From Anaerolineales bacterium (GTDB lineage Bacteria > Chloroflexota > Anaerolineae > B4-G1 > SLSP01): 37,586 nt of DNA. Below the pieces are notes generated by a model, which was not told the DNA's origin, did not search any database, and was given only the letters and a program-made list of their open reading frames with translations. The position numbers and the translations under genes are program-made. Below, piece by piece: positions 1-9,090 of this stretch (positions are counted from its first letter, which is position 1; each line of letters begins with the position of its first letter). The stretch lies in contig JBKHCQ010000002.1 in assembly GCA_046541755.1 (NCBI GenBank), positions 1-37,586 on the forward strand, in the 5' to 3' direction.

Positions 1-3000
1 GTGATGGCGTGATCGCCCACGTCGGCGTTGGCGGGCGTCCCGCTCAGCGTGGCCGTGCCATCTCCGTGATCAGTCAGATTGAGCCAGGCGGGCAAGTCCT
101 CCGCCGTGATGGTCAGCGCGTCGCCGATGTCGATATCCGCCGCCGCGACCGTGTAACTGTAAGCCGCGTCCTGCGTCGCCTCCGTGACCGGTTCGCTGGT
201 GAACATCGGGGCGTCGTTGACGTTGAGCACGGTGAGGGTGAAGGTTTGCGTATCGGTCAGGCCGCCCGCGTCGGTCGCCAGAAGCTCTACCAGATGATCG
301 CCCACCTCGTCGTTGGCGGGCGTCCCGCTCAGCGTGGCCGTGCCATCGCCGTGATCGACGAAGGTCAGCCAGGCGGGCCTACTCTCCACTGTGATGGTCA
401 GCGCGTCGCCGACATCCACATCCGCCGCCGCGACCGTGTAGCTGTACGGCGCGTCCTGCGTCGCCTCCGTGACCGGTTCGCTGGTGAACATCGGCGCGTC
501 GTTGACGTCCGTGATCGTGATGGTGAAGCTCTTCTCGAAGATTGCCTGCCCATCGTCAGTGCGGACGCGGATGGTGTAACTGTGCTGGGTCTCGTAGTCG
601 AAGCTCGCCGCCGTCCGCAACTCATTCCCGCTGATGTCGAACGCAGCATTGTCGTCATCTCCCGCGCCGGCGACCAGACTGTAAATGTGCGCGGCATCGT
701 CCAGATCCTCCGTGCTGAACGCGCCGACCACCGTGCCGGCCGGCTGGTTCTCGGCCACGCTCGCAGCATCCAGACTAATATCAGAGGGGTTGTAATCGTG
801 GGGATCGGTGCCAGCCTGGTACTCCTCCAAGTTGGTTAGAGCATCCGCGTCCGGGTTTTCACTCGCATCATCTACCAGCGGATCGAGGCCGTTATCGATT
901 TCCCAGCCGTCGGGCATGCCGTCGCCGTCGCTGTCATCGTCCTGCGGATCGGTCCCGGCCTGGTATTCTTCTAAGTTGGTCAGGCCGTCACTATCCGGGT
1001 CGGCGGCGGCGTCGCTATCATCCAAGGGATCGAGGCCGTTATCGACCTCCCAGCCGTCGGGCATGCCGTCGCCGTCGCTGTCATCATCGTGCGGATCGGT
1101 GTTGTGGGTGTTGACTTCCTCGCCGTCGATCAGGCCATCATCATCGGAGTCCGCATCATTGGGATCGGTTCCGTAATCGTTGACTTCCTCGTAATCCGTG
1201 AGCCCGTCATCATCAGAGTCTGGGTTGTTGGGATCGGTGCCATAGGTGTTAACTTCCTCGCCATCGATTAACCCATCGCCATCGGTGTCGGGATCATTCG
1301 GATCGGCGCCTAACGCATCTTCGGTGGCATTAGTCAGGCCGTCGCCGTCGTTATCGAAGGGCACGGTAACTTGATGCGTCGCCGTCACTTCGCCGCCGTA
1401 GCCGTTGGTCGTCGTCAACAGAACGGTGTAGGTATCCGTAGCAGGGAAAGTGTGAAGGATGGTCGCGTTGTTCGTCGTGACCGACACGCCGCCATCGCCG
1501 AAGTCCCAGATGTAGCTCACGGGTTGCGAGGCCGAGGCCGGCGTATAAACGGCAGTGAACTGCGTCTCCCAATCGCTGGCGTCCGTCTCCGGCTCGAAAT
1601 CAAATCCGGTCGCCGTGACCGGCTGATATACGGGAATGACCTCGGAGAAAGCCGCGTCGTCGTAAGGATTCTCCACGATGAGATGAACCGTGTAGTCGAT
1701 GCTGTCCGTGAAGGTGTGGGTGACGGTCGGTTCTGAGGTCGCGACAATGGACGAGCCATCGCCAAAGTCCCAGGTGTAGGTCATCGGCAACGAGGTGTCA
1801 ATGGAGGTGTAATCGGCGACGAAGGCGACCTCTTCATCGATGAGCACGGAAGCCGGCGCGTAATCGAAGGCGGCGGCGGTGACGGCCGGCCAGGCGTTGA
1901 GGAAGACGTCATCCACGTACCAGCGCAGACCGGATTGGGCCTGGGCGTTGAAGCGGAATCGAACATCCGGCGTCTCGCTATAGGCGCTCAGATCCACCTG
2001 TTGCGTCGTCCAATGGGACGTCGTATCGTCATAGGTCGCGAGCGTGCTCCAACTCACGCCATCGGTCGAGACCTGCAAACGGCCCACATCGCCGGCGGAT
2101 TGCATAGCGCGCGCGGTTCTGAAGCGCAGCGCCGGACTGACATACTCGGAGAGATCCACCGGCGACGCAACGCGCAGCGCGCCATCAGGGCCGGAGGAGT
2201 TGGCTCGCCAGGCGTGAGACCAACTGTACCCAATATCGCTGGCCAGAGACCACGGACTGCTCCAACTCCAGAGGCCGGCTCCGCTTTCCATATCGTCCTC
2301 AAACACAGCGAAGGAGGAGTGGGCCGGCTCGAAGTCATCTCGTGTATACGCGGGCGTCGTGAGCGCCACAGCGATGTGATCCTCTAACGTGGCGGCGCTC
2401 AGGTTGCCGGCGAAGATCTTCACATCCACAAGGGTGAAGGATTGGGTCGCCGGCGACAGGGGCATATGATCATGGAGCAAGCGGCCATCGAAGATTAGCT
2501 CCAATATCTGCGAGCCAAGGCCCAGGGTCTGGGGATCGCTGACGCTCCAGGCGACGGGGACGCCGCGCTCATCCACCAGCAGGCCCTCGATGCGATAATC
2601 GCCGCCGGCGTCGGTCACCTCCACGCCAACTTCAACCACCAACTGATCATAGCGGCCATCGCCGTCGTGATCCACGGTGGTTGTGGTGAAGATGTTGGTG
2701 GGCGTCACATCTAGCGGCGCGAACTGACCGGGCGAGGCCGCGCGCAGATTGCCGAGCGCAATAGCGCCGCGATCCACCGGGCCGTCTAATTCGGCAATCT
2801 CATAGGCTTTGTAGTGACGGGAGTCCAACTGCTCGCCGTTGGGAGCGTAGAGGCGCAGGTGCTCCAACGTGTACGGCAGGGTAGATTTCGTGATATCAAA
2901 CTGGAGCGCCGCCGCGGCGTCATCGCCAGACCAACTGGCGTGGCCCAGGAAGGTTCCCGCGCCGTCGTATAGATCGCCGGTCACGCGATAATCACCGGGG

Positions 3001-5411
3001 TAGTTGATATGCAGCGGCGCATCAACAACTAAGGATTCGTAACGGCCATCCCCGTCCTCGTCCAGGCCGCGATGGGAAAAATCTTGAGCCAGAAGCGCGG
3101 GAACGACCTCAAAAGCGTCCGGGACGTAGGCGTTCGTCTCGTAGGTCAGATAATGATGGGCCAGCAATTCCTCCGGCTCCGCCAAGATGATCGGTTGCTC
3201 AGCGCGGGCGACCCACAGTTCGGTCACGCGATAGGGGCCTTCAAGGCCCGCATCGCCAATTGGCCGGCCATCGAAGACCACCGGCACAGTCTGAACGCCC
3301 CAATCTAAGTAGAAACCACCCAAGTAGGGTTGATCAGCGCGGGCGCGGATAGCTTGATCGCCCACAAGCAACGTTCCGCCAATCTGATACTGACCGGGTT
3401 GCTCAACATACACCTCGAACTCGGCCACCAGTTCATCGTAGCGGCCGTTATCGTCCGTATCGATGCCGTAATCGCGGATGACCCGGCCAATCTGCACCGC
3501 GCCGCCCTTAGCATCAGCGCCATCATAGGCAGCCACCAGCGGCAGGAAAACGCGGGAGGTCGGCGTAGTCGGAGCATCCGCCGCCGCGTTCTCCATCGCA
3601 TCAAGCGCATCCGAAAGGAGCGCGGATTGCGTCCCCCCGCCCCCCAACATCGCGGCGCAATCGGGTGTACCGGCGGAGGAGGGACTGCATACGGTAGGCA
3701 CGGGATTGTAAGGCCAGTTTTCCAATGGATTGGCAGGGTCTGGAATATCTAGGGGAAGTTCGTAGGTTTGCGTCGCTACCCGGCCGGCGGGGTTGCTGCT
3801 GGGCGGATCGCGCCACTCGCTGGGCGCCCAGTTGTCGCCGTGCCAGGTCTCGTAGTTCAAGATAGGAGCATACGGCGAGCGTTCAACTTCCAAGGGGTTA
3901 TGACTCCACCAGTGGTAATCCCAGTTACTGTTAGGATATGCAAATTCCTCGGTAGGAACCCCCTCGCCCTGACCGTACCAAATGGTATTGACCATGCCGC
4001 CGCCATTGCTGCCATCCTGCCAGTCCCAGCGGTGGTCGGATGTGACGATCAAATCTCCAGCAGAATCAAAATACCATTTATATATAGGTCCAACCAATTT
4101 ACGTCCATTATAGTAGGGATAGTAAACGTCGCCCGCCTCCTCACCATTATAGCTGCGAGCGCCTTTCCAAATGCCATCCAACCAGACCAAGACGGAATGG
4201 TCGTATTCGTAAGGGTTGTTGAATTGGCCGCTCTCCCCATGCCCCGGCGTCTTGTTCCAATCCACTGCAAATGTCTTGGCCGGGAAGCCCGCCGAGCGCA
4301 GGAGGCTCGTCAAGATATTGGCGTTGTCCTGGCACGCACCGCCGGTCATCGTCCAATCAGTGCCATCGTGGAACTTTTGCATCGCGCTGCTCCAGTTGTT
4401 GTTCGTGTAAATGTAGACGGTGCGAAACTCCCGGTCAGCGCGTTTGACGATTTCATTAGCGGCGGTGGTGCGATTGGTCTGGCCTTCGATAGCCGCCATC
4501 GCGTGATTGACGAAGACTTTCTGCGTGAATTGTTCGGTCCAGAAAGCTTGAGCGTAACCTTCCGTCAAGCCATATTTCCACAGCGAGCAGGCGGAGTCGG
4601 GATAATCATCACAATTCGGAGGCGTCGAATCGCTGAAACCGGGGAAATAGTAACTCCATTCCGGCGTCCGCCACCAGACGGAGACCTCATCTCGCAGATC
4701 ATCCGGGTCGTCGTCGTAGATGTACGCATCAATTTCGTCCGGGGTGAGATCATTGGGGAACTCGAAGATCACGTAGATAGGGATATTCTTACTCCACCCG
4801 CCAAGAGACATGGTAGCGGTGTAGGTTCCGGTCTTGGCGTTGGCAGGCACGGCGATCTCCCAACTGCTATCGAAGTCCCCCGTGGAGACGGGCGTCAGCG
4901 TCGTCAGGCCCGAGCTGGAGATGCTCAGGGAGGCGCCATGGTACTGCGGGCCGCCGATGCGGAAGGTAGCGCCGCGCCGGACGACCAACGCCTCGGTCAT
5001 CAACAGTTGTTCGCCGCCTTGTAGCACCGGTAGATATTTGCGGATAAGGTTGCCCCACTCATCCTCCTCCATCTCATCGATGGAGCTGAAGTATTGACGG
5101 GTTTGGAGGGCCGGATCGTAGCGCATGTAAAGGCCCGGATCAAACGGATCGTTCGGATCAGTGCCGAACAGCTTCTCCTCCGCGTCGCTCAAGCCATCGT
5201 TATCGCTGTCGGCGTCGGAGGGATCGGTGTAGAATGGCCCGCCGGACAGGCTGTACCATCCTTCCAACTCCAGGGCGTCGGGTATCCCGTCGCCGTCAGA
5301 GTCGAGCGAGTCGAATGGCCCATCGGCCAAAACCGGCATCGGTGGGACAAGTAATGATAAGATAATAACCAACATCGTAATTCGAAGTAACCCCAACTGC
5401 TTCTGTTTCAT
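1..5411 (-). CDS. Giant secreted multidomain adhesin-like surface protein (C-terminus beyond window; at least 1803 aa)
   Basis: Own translation. ATG at 5409-5411 is preceded by AGGAGG (5420-5425). The frame stays open to position 1; it is absent from the ORF track because it has no stop in the window, and no listed minus ORF shares its frame. Signal peptide MKQKQLGLLRITMLVIILSLLVPPMPVLA. DxDxDGxxD thrombospondin-type-3-like Ca-binding repeats (~5150-5300 and ~830-1350). GGACQDNANILTSLLRSAGFPAK...YDHSVLVW is a possible transglutaminase-like Cys/His core (Cys codon 4332-4334). Three DxDGDGRYDxLVV modules. Two PKD-like motifs (YTWDFGDGS ~1750, YIWDFGDGG ~1500). At least two ~95-aa cadherin/He_PIG-like repeats ending in (D/N)VNDAP (1-830). 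Confidence 0.85.
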   Translation of the reverse strand, partial: MKQKQLGLLRITMLVIILSLLVPPMPVLADGPFDSLDSDGDGIPDALELEGWYSLSGGPFYTDPSDADSDNDGLSDAEEKLFGTDPNDPFDPGLYMRYDPALQTRQYFSSIDEMEEDEWGNLIRKYLPVLQGGEQLLMTEALVVRRGATFRIGGPQYHGASLSISSSGLTTLTPVSTGDFDSSWEIAVPANAKTGTYTATMSLGGWSKNIPIYVIFEFPNDLTPDEIDAYIYDDDPDDLRDEVSVWWRTPEWSYYFPGFSDSTPPNCDDYPDSACSLWKYGLTEGYAQAFWTEQFTQKVFVNHAMAAIEGQTNRTTAANEIVKRADREFRTVYIYTNNNWSSAMQKFHDGTDWTMTGGACQDNANILTSLLRSAGFPAKTFAVDWNKTPGHGESGQFNNPYEYDHSVLVWLDGIWKGARSYNGEEAGDVYYPYYNGRKLVGPIYKWYFDSAGDLIVTSDHRWDWQDGSNGGGMVNTIWYGQGEGVPTEEFAYPNSNWDYHWWSHNPLEVERSPYAPILNYETWHGDNWAPSEWRDPPSSNPAGRVATQTYELPLDIPDPANPLENWPYNPVPTVCSPSSAGTPDCAAMLGGGGTQSALLSDALDAMENAAADAPTTPTSRVFLPLVAAYDGADAKGGAVQIGRVIRDYGIDTDDNGRYDELVAEFEVYVEQPGQYQIGGTLLVGDQAIRARADQPYLGGFYLDWGVQTVPVVFDGRPIGDAGLEGPYRVTELWVARAEQPIILAEPEELLAHHYLTYETNAYVPDAFEVVPALLAQDFSHRGLDEDGDGRYESLVVDAPLHINYPGDYRVTGDLYDGAGTFLGHASWSGDDAAAALQFDITKSTLPYTLEHLRLYAPNGEQLDSRHYKAYEIAELDGPVDRGAIALGNLRAASPGQFAPLDVTPTNIFTTTTVDHDGDGRYDQLVVEVGVEVTDAGGDYRIEGLLVDERGVPVAWSVSDPQTLGLGSQILELIFDGRLLHDHMPLSPATQSFTLVDVKIFAGNLSAATLEDHIAVALTTPAYTRDDFEPAHSSFAVFEDDMESGAGLWSWSSPWSLASDIGYSWSHAWRANSSGPDGALRVASPVDLSEYVSPALRFRTARAMQSAGDVGRLQVSTDGVSWSTLATYDDTTSHWTTQQVDLSAYSETPDVRFRFNAQAQSGLRWYVDDVFLNAWPAVTAAAFDYAPASVLIDEEVAFVADYTSIDTSLPMTYTWDFGDGSSIVATSEPTVTHTFTDSIDYTVHLIVENPYDDAAFSEVIPVYQPVTATGFDFEPETDASDWETQFTAVYTPASASQPVSYIWDFGDGGVSVTTNNATILHTFPATDTYTVLLTTTNGYGGEVTATHQVTVPFDNDGDGLTNATEDALGADPNDPDTDGDGLIDGEEVNTYGTDPNNPDSDDDGLTDYEEVNDYGTDPNDADSDDDGLIDGEEVNTHNTDPHDDDSDGDGMPDGWEVDNGLDPLDDSDAAADPDSDGLTNLEEYQAGTDPQDDDSDGDGMPDGWEIDNGLDPLVDDASENPDADALTNLEEYQAGTDPHDYNPSDISLDAASVAENQPAGTVVGAFSTEDLDDAAHIYSLVAGAGDDDNAAFDISGNELRTAASFDYETQHSYTIRVRTDDGQAIFEKSFTITITDVNDAPMFTSEPVTEATQDAPYSYTVAAADVDVGDALTITVESRPAWLTFVDHGDGTATLSGTPANDEVGDHLVELLATDAGGLTDTQTFTLTVLNVNDAPMFTSEPVTEATQDAAYSYTVAAADIDIGDALTITAEDLPAWLNLTDHGDGTATLSGTPANADVGDHAI

Positions 5412-5489
5412 AGCGCCAGCCTCCTGCTTAAATGGATAGGAATTCACCTGAAAAGCCTCATCTGTTGCTCTTAAGGCTTTCCCTAAATC

Positions 5490-5498
5490 ATTCTAGCA
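5490..5498 (-). promoter_or_regulatory. Candidate extended -10 promoter element (TGcTAGAAT) for the giant adhesin gene
   Basis: Minus strand reads TTTTGCTAGAATGATT in the AT-rich 280-bp gap, ~80 nt upstream of ATG 5411. No convincing -35. Confidence 0.3.
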
Positions 5499-5581
5499 AA
5501 AGTGCGTCATAGAAATGGAAACAATTGTTTAAAGAAGTGCTAAATCGGCCGGGGATGCCATCAGCGAGGAAGTAAAGTTGA

Positions 5582-5675
5582 GGCTTTCGGATTTCGCCGG
5601 ACAACTCCCCGGACAATCCTAAAAGCAACGCGGATGCGCGTGTTTGTGAGGATCACGACCCTTTTGGCGTCGTTC
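5582..5675. repeat. Dispersed intergenic repeat, family 2 (copy a)
   Basis: GGCTTTCGGATTTCGCCGGACAACTCCCC...GTGAGGATCACGACCCTTTTGGCGTCGTTC aligns by eye with 31526-31619. Its first ~65 nt also align with 29725-29790. All three copies have the same orientation. Confidence 0.7.
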
Positions 5676-5691
5676 AGCCCCTACGTAGAGA

Positions 5692-7038
5692 TCAGGTCAG
5701 CCGCACCGGCACATCTGAGGTGGTGACCAGGTGCTTGCCGCTGGCGGTGGTGGGGATCTCATCCATTATGGTCAAGATCAACTTGACCGGTTCACCTGCA
5801 AAGAGTTTCAAAACCTGCCGACGTACTAAATCGAGTTGCGCCTCCTCAAACGCCGGGCCGCGCTCGATGAGAATCTCAATCTCATCCCGCCGATGTTGAT
5901 GGACGCGAATCTTCTTGAAAGCGATCGTCTCTTTAAACGCCGCCAGGTAAAAGGCGTTGCCATATATTAAACGCCCGCTGGGCAGGGTAAAGATACTTCC
6001 GACGCGCCCACTGATCTCTCGCACTACGGGGAGGCCGCGACCACAAGCGCAGGCAACGTCATCCCACATCGCCGCATCGCCGACGCGAAAACGGATCAGG
6101 GGCATACCATAAGCGTAGAGCGGGGTCGTGATCACCTCCCCCACCTCGCCGGGCGCGGCCGGCCGCCCGTTCACCAGAATTTCGACGTGGCAAAAGTCAC
6201 TGAAGACGTGCCGGCGTCCCACCGGGCATTCGGCGGCCACCACGCTGCCCGATTCATGGCTGCCGTAGCGATCGGAGACGGGACACTGGAAGACTTCCTC
6301 GATCACGGCGCGCTCGTGGGGCCACAATTGCATGGCCGTCGTCTCGACGCATTTGGGGCGGATGCCGGTGATGTGCTGCTCGGAGATCAATTGGGCAAAG
6401 AGCGCGATCACATTGGTATAGCCGGCGATCAGATCAGGCTGCCAGCGCGCCAGTTCCTCCGCGAAAGCCCGCATCCGTTCGGAGGTGGGCTGAAAGCCGT
6501 CCATCCAACGCTCCTGTTTGATGTGATACACAAGCCGCTCTGTAAACGTCTGCGGAATTTCTTGGCGGCGGCCCCAGAACCAGGCGACTTTATCGCCGAA
6601 CTCCCAGCCGAACCAGCGCCGCGAGCGGGCGAAGGCCGCCGCGTTCGCGGCCTGATATTCGAGGCTGTGGTAGGCAGCGAACGGCTCCCCGGTCGAGCCG
6701 CTGGTCACGGCGCGCTCCATATCCGCCTTAGAAAACCCTTCGGCGATTAATTGATCTTCATTCTGGCGGATATCGTCCTTAGTCAACAGCGGCAAGCGAC
6801 GAAAATCGGCCGGGGTGCGGATGTCCCGTGGCGTGATGCCCAGCGCATCGAAGCGGCGGCGGTAGAAGGGCACGCGCGTGTAGGCGTGATCCAGCAGCGC
6901 CTTGAGCTTCTCCCAGGCGACGGCCTGTATCTCTCCTGGCGAGAGCCACTGATCGCGTTCAAACGCGCGCTCGATCTCCCGCGCGCGGGCGGCATGCGGT
7001 TGCCATCGGCGGAGAAAACGATAGAGGTGGTTGGGCAC
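5692..7038 (-). CDS. Phenylacetate-CoA ligase family / CapK-like adenylate-forming enzyme
   Basis: Track ORF 5692-7314, trimmed to GTG 7038 (GGAGG 5 nt upstream; 11 nt after the stop of the preceding gene at 7050). Motifs VTSGSTGEPF (AMP-binding P-loop), YTRVPFYRRRFDALGITP and LPLLTKDDIR are typical of the PaaK/CapK/F390-synthetase family. 448 aa. Confidence 0.8.
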   Translation of the reverse strand: MPNHLYRFLRRWQPHAARAREIERAFERDQWLSPGEIQAVAWEKLKALLDHAYTRVPFYRRRFDALGITPRDIRTPADFRRLPLLTKDDIRQNEDQLIAEGFSKADMERAVTSGSTGEPFAAYHSLEYQAANAAAFARSRRWFGWEFGDKVAWFWGRRQEIPQTFTERLVYHIKQERWMDGFQPTSERMRAFAEELARWQPDLIAGYTNVIALFAQLISEQHITGIRPKCVETTAMQLWPHERAVIEEVFQCPVSDRYGSHESGSVVAAECPVGRRHVFSDFCHVEILVNGRPAAPGEVGEVITTPLYAYGMPLIRFRVGDAAMWDDVACACGRGLPVVREISGRVGSIFTLPSGRLIYGNAFYLAAFKETIAFKKIRVHQHRRDEIEILIERGPAFEEAQLDLVRRQVLKLFAGEPVKLILTIMDEIPTTASGKHLVTTSDVPVRLT

Positions 7039-7049
7039 ATCAACCTCCG

Positions 7050-8417
7050 TTACGCTTCTACTTCCGAAATCGCATATTGGTGCTTGCCGGAGGGCAACGC
7101 CGGGATCTCGTCCGGGAACTCGAACCGCACCTCCACATTGTCGCCGAAGGCCGTGTGAATGGTTTGCGTCAAGGTCTCGGTCACGGAAGGTGGAATTTCG
7201 CCGATCAGAGCCAAGCGCACGATCATCAAATCCAACGATTTTTGCACAATTTGGAATTGCCGGATGTTGGGATGCGCCAGGGGGCTGTAACCGGCCCCGG
7301 CAAAGCCGGCCCAAGCCGCGCGCCCATCCCGCGTCTTGAAGGCATCAACTATGCGGCCCTGCACCGGCGCCAACCTCGGAGCGGCCCGCCCGCAGGGACA
7401 CGGCGCGCCCGCATCCCCATCGTACCAGGCGCCGATGTCGTCATTGTGATAACGGATGAAGGGCATGCCCAAGTTATTCAGATTCGTCACGACAACATCA
7501 CCCTCCTCGCCGGGCGCGGCCGGCCGGCCATCGCGCAGAATCTCGATGTAGTTATTCTCCACGCTGACGTGTAATCCCGTGTGGGCTTCACACTCGCAAG
7601 CGAGGCCGCCCAACTCCTTCGAGCCGTAGCGGTCGAAGACGCGGCAATCGAACGTCGTCTCCAGGATCTGCCGCACGGCGAGGAGCAACACCTCGGCGGA
7701 AGAGAAGATGCCGTCGAAGGTGATGTCATCATAGCCTTTATCGCGCACAAACTGGGCAAAGCGATGCAGGCTGGAGGCATAGCCGAAGAGCAATTTAGGT
7801 CGGCGGCGGCGCACGTCCTCGGTGAAGGCGGTCAACGATGCCTCGGTCAACAAGAAGGCGTTGGTCAAGAAGCGGTTCCACGTCCAATCCAACAAGCGCG
7901 TCCGCAACGACTCCTGAGCGCGCACCTCGAAGTTAGCGCCCCAGATGTAGGCATGCAGTTGGCCTATCTCCCAGCCGGCCCAGCCCAGGTGACGCTGGAT
8001 GTCGGCGGTCACGGCGTCGCGATAATCGTTATCCTGCATGAAGACGAGCGGCCGCCCGGTGGAGCCAGAGGTGGCGACCTCGGTCAGTTGCTGGCGACGC
8101 GCCGGCTCGGTGGTCATCAGATCATCGAAATGCTCCCGGATAAGGTCTTTGGTCAAGAGCGGAATTTTCCGGAAGCTATCTGGGTTCTGAGCCAGGTCGT
8201 CGGGATGAAAGCCAACCTCGACGAAGAGCCGCCGGTAATAGGGGGTGTGTTGATAGGCATACGCGACCACCCGCTGCAACTTTTGGCGTTGCAAAGCCCG
8301 CAACTCAGCGGCGGATAGCCATTGGGTGCGATTCAGCTCTTGCAATCGGCCCAGAACGCGCCGCCCGGTCAACCCTTCATGAGCTTTGAGCGCTGTCCAA
8401 CGCAGTAAATCAGCCAT
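7050..8417 (-). CDS. Phenylacetate-CoA ligase family / CapK-like adenylate-forming enzyme (paralog)
   Basis: Track ORF 7050-8519, trimmed to ATG 8417 (GGAGGGGG upstream). Motifs ATSGSTGRPLVF, YQHTPYYRRLFVEVGFHP and IPLLTKDLIRE. 455 aa, same architecture as 5692-7038. Confidence 0.8.
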   Translation of the reverse strand: MADLLRWTALKAHEGLTGRRVLGRLQELNRTQWLSAAELRALQRQKLQRVVAYAYQHTPYYRRLFVEVGFHPDDLAQNPDSFRKIPLLTKDLIREHFDDLMTTEPARRQQLTEVATSGSTGRPLVFMQDNDYRDAVTADIQRHLGWAGWEIGQLHAYIWGANFEVRAQESLRTRLLDWTWNRFLTNAFLLTEASLTAFTEDVRRRRPKLLFGYASSLHRFAQFVRDKGYDDITFDGIFSSAEVLLLAVRQILETTFDCRVFDRYGSKELGGLACECEAHTGLHVSVENNYIEILRDGRPAAPGEEGDVVVTNLNNLGMPFIRYHNDDIGAWYDGDAGAPCPCGRAAPRLAPVQGRIVDAFKTRDGRAAWAGFAGAGYSPLAHPNIRQFQIVQKSLDLMIVRLALIGEIPPSVTETLTQTIHTAFGDNVEVRFEFPDEIPALPSGKHQYAISEVEA

Positions 8418-8431
8418 ACCCCCTCCTATTT

Positions 8432-9067
8432 TCACTCGACATACACGGTCTTTCGCCACAGACCGATGCGCGTAAAGGTGATGTGCGCGACAACGTCGGC
8501 GTTCATCTTCTTCTGCCACACAGCCAGCGAGGGCGCGTTATTCACTTCGATGTAGGCGAGGATGCGCCGGTAGCCCTTCTCCTGGGCCGCGCGCAGCCGC
8601 GCCTTCGAGAGCACAGTTTGCACGCCCTGCCCGCGCGCGCCGGGCGCGGTGAAGGCGTCGGTGAAGAGGACATCGCCCGGCTCGAAGCACAAGTCGACGC
8701 GCTCCAGCGAGGCATCCGTGCAACTCCACGCATACCCCACAATTTGCCCCTCGATGCAGGCGGCGATGCCATCGTGGCCGCGCGCCAGCCGTTGAGCGCA
8801 CAGATGCGCTTCGGAGGGCAAATATTCGCGGCGCACGAAATCCAAATCATCGGCGGCAAAGGGCCGGACAGTAATCGCGGCCTTGGGGCGCGTCTCCGGG
8901 AGCGGGTGTGCCAGGGAGCGCGCCACGACGGCAAATTTAATCCGCCGGTAGGGAAGTGTCAGCGCCTCTTGGCGGATGTGGGGCCACGCGGCCCGCCAGC
9001 CATCCCGCCGGACGCGCCAACGCCAATCCTGCCAGATGATACTAAAACGATTACCAGAACCTGTCAT
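8432..9067 (-). CDS. GNAT family N-acetyltransferase
   Basis: Track ORF 8432-9310, trimmed to ATG 9067 (GAGGA upstream; 24 nt after the upstream stop). The C-terminal half carries the acetyl-CoA pocket pattern FTAPGARGQGVQTVLSKARLRAAQEKGYRRILAYIEVNNAPS (R/QxxGxG). 211 aa. Confidence 0.7.
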   Translation of the reverse strand: MTGSGNRFSIIWQDWRWRVRRDGWRAAWPHIRQEALTLPYRRIKFAVVARSLAHPLPETRPKAAITVRPFAADDLDFVRREYLPSEAHLCAQRLARGHDGIAACIEGQIVGYAWSCTDASLERVDLCFEPGDVLFTDAFTAPGARGQGVQTVLSKARLRAAQEKGYRRILAYIEVNNAPSLAVWQKKMNADVVAHITFTRIGLWRKTVYVE

Positions 9068-9090
9068 AATAACATCCTCATCTGATCGCG

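Noticed and set aside
4332-4334. Calling the giant protein an active transglutaminase/protease
   Set aside because: The Cys and His motifs fit, but I could not find the expected downstream Asp in the usual W..DP context. It is kept only as a 'possible transglutaminase-like core'.
3768-5024. 418-aa plus-strand ORF, and the other plus-strand ORFs at 9-839, 1371-1736, 1935-2387 and 3330-3752
   Set aside because: They lie antisense to the uninterrupted minus-strand giant ORF. Their translations are Arg/Gly/Val-rich low-complexity sequence with no motifs, typical of shadow ORFs in GC-rich DNA.
7039-7314. N-terminal extensions of track ORFs (5692-7314, 7050-8519, 8432-9310, 24155-25852, 25756-28566, 28567-29790, 30205-30903, 33711-34577, 36022-37206)
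   Set aside because: The extensions overlap the preceding gene or lie in repeat or intergenic DNA. The track uses the most upstream ATG/GTG/TTG. Internal starts with good Shine-Dalgarno sequences and family-typical N-termini fit better.
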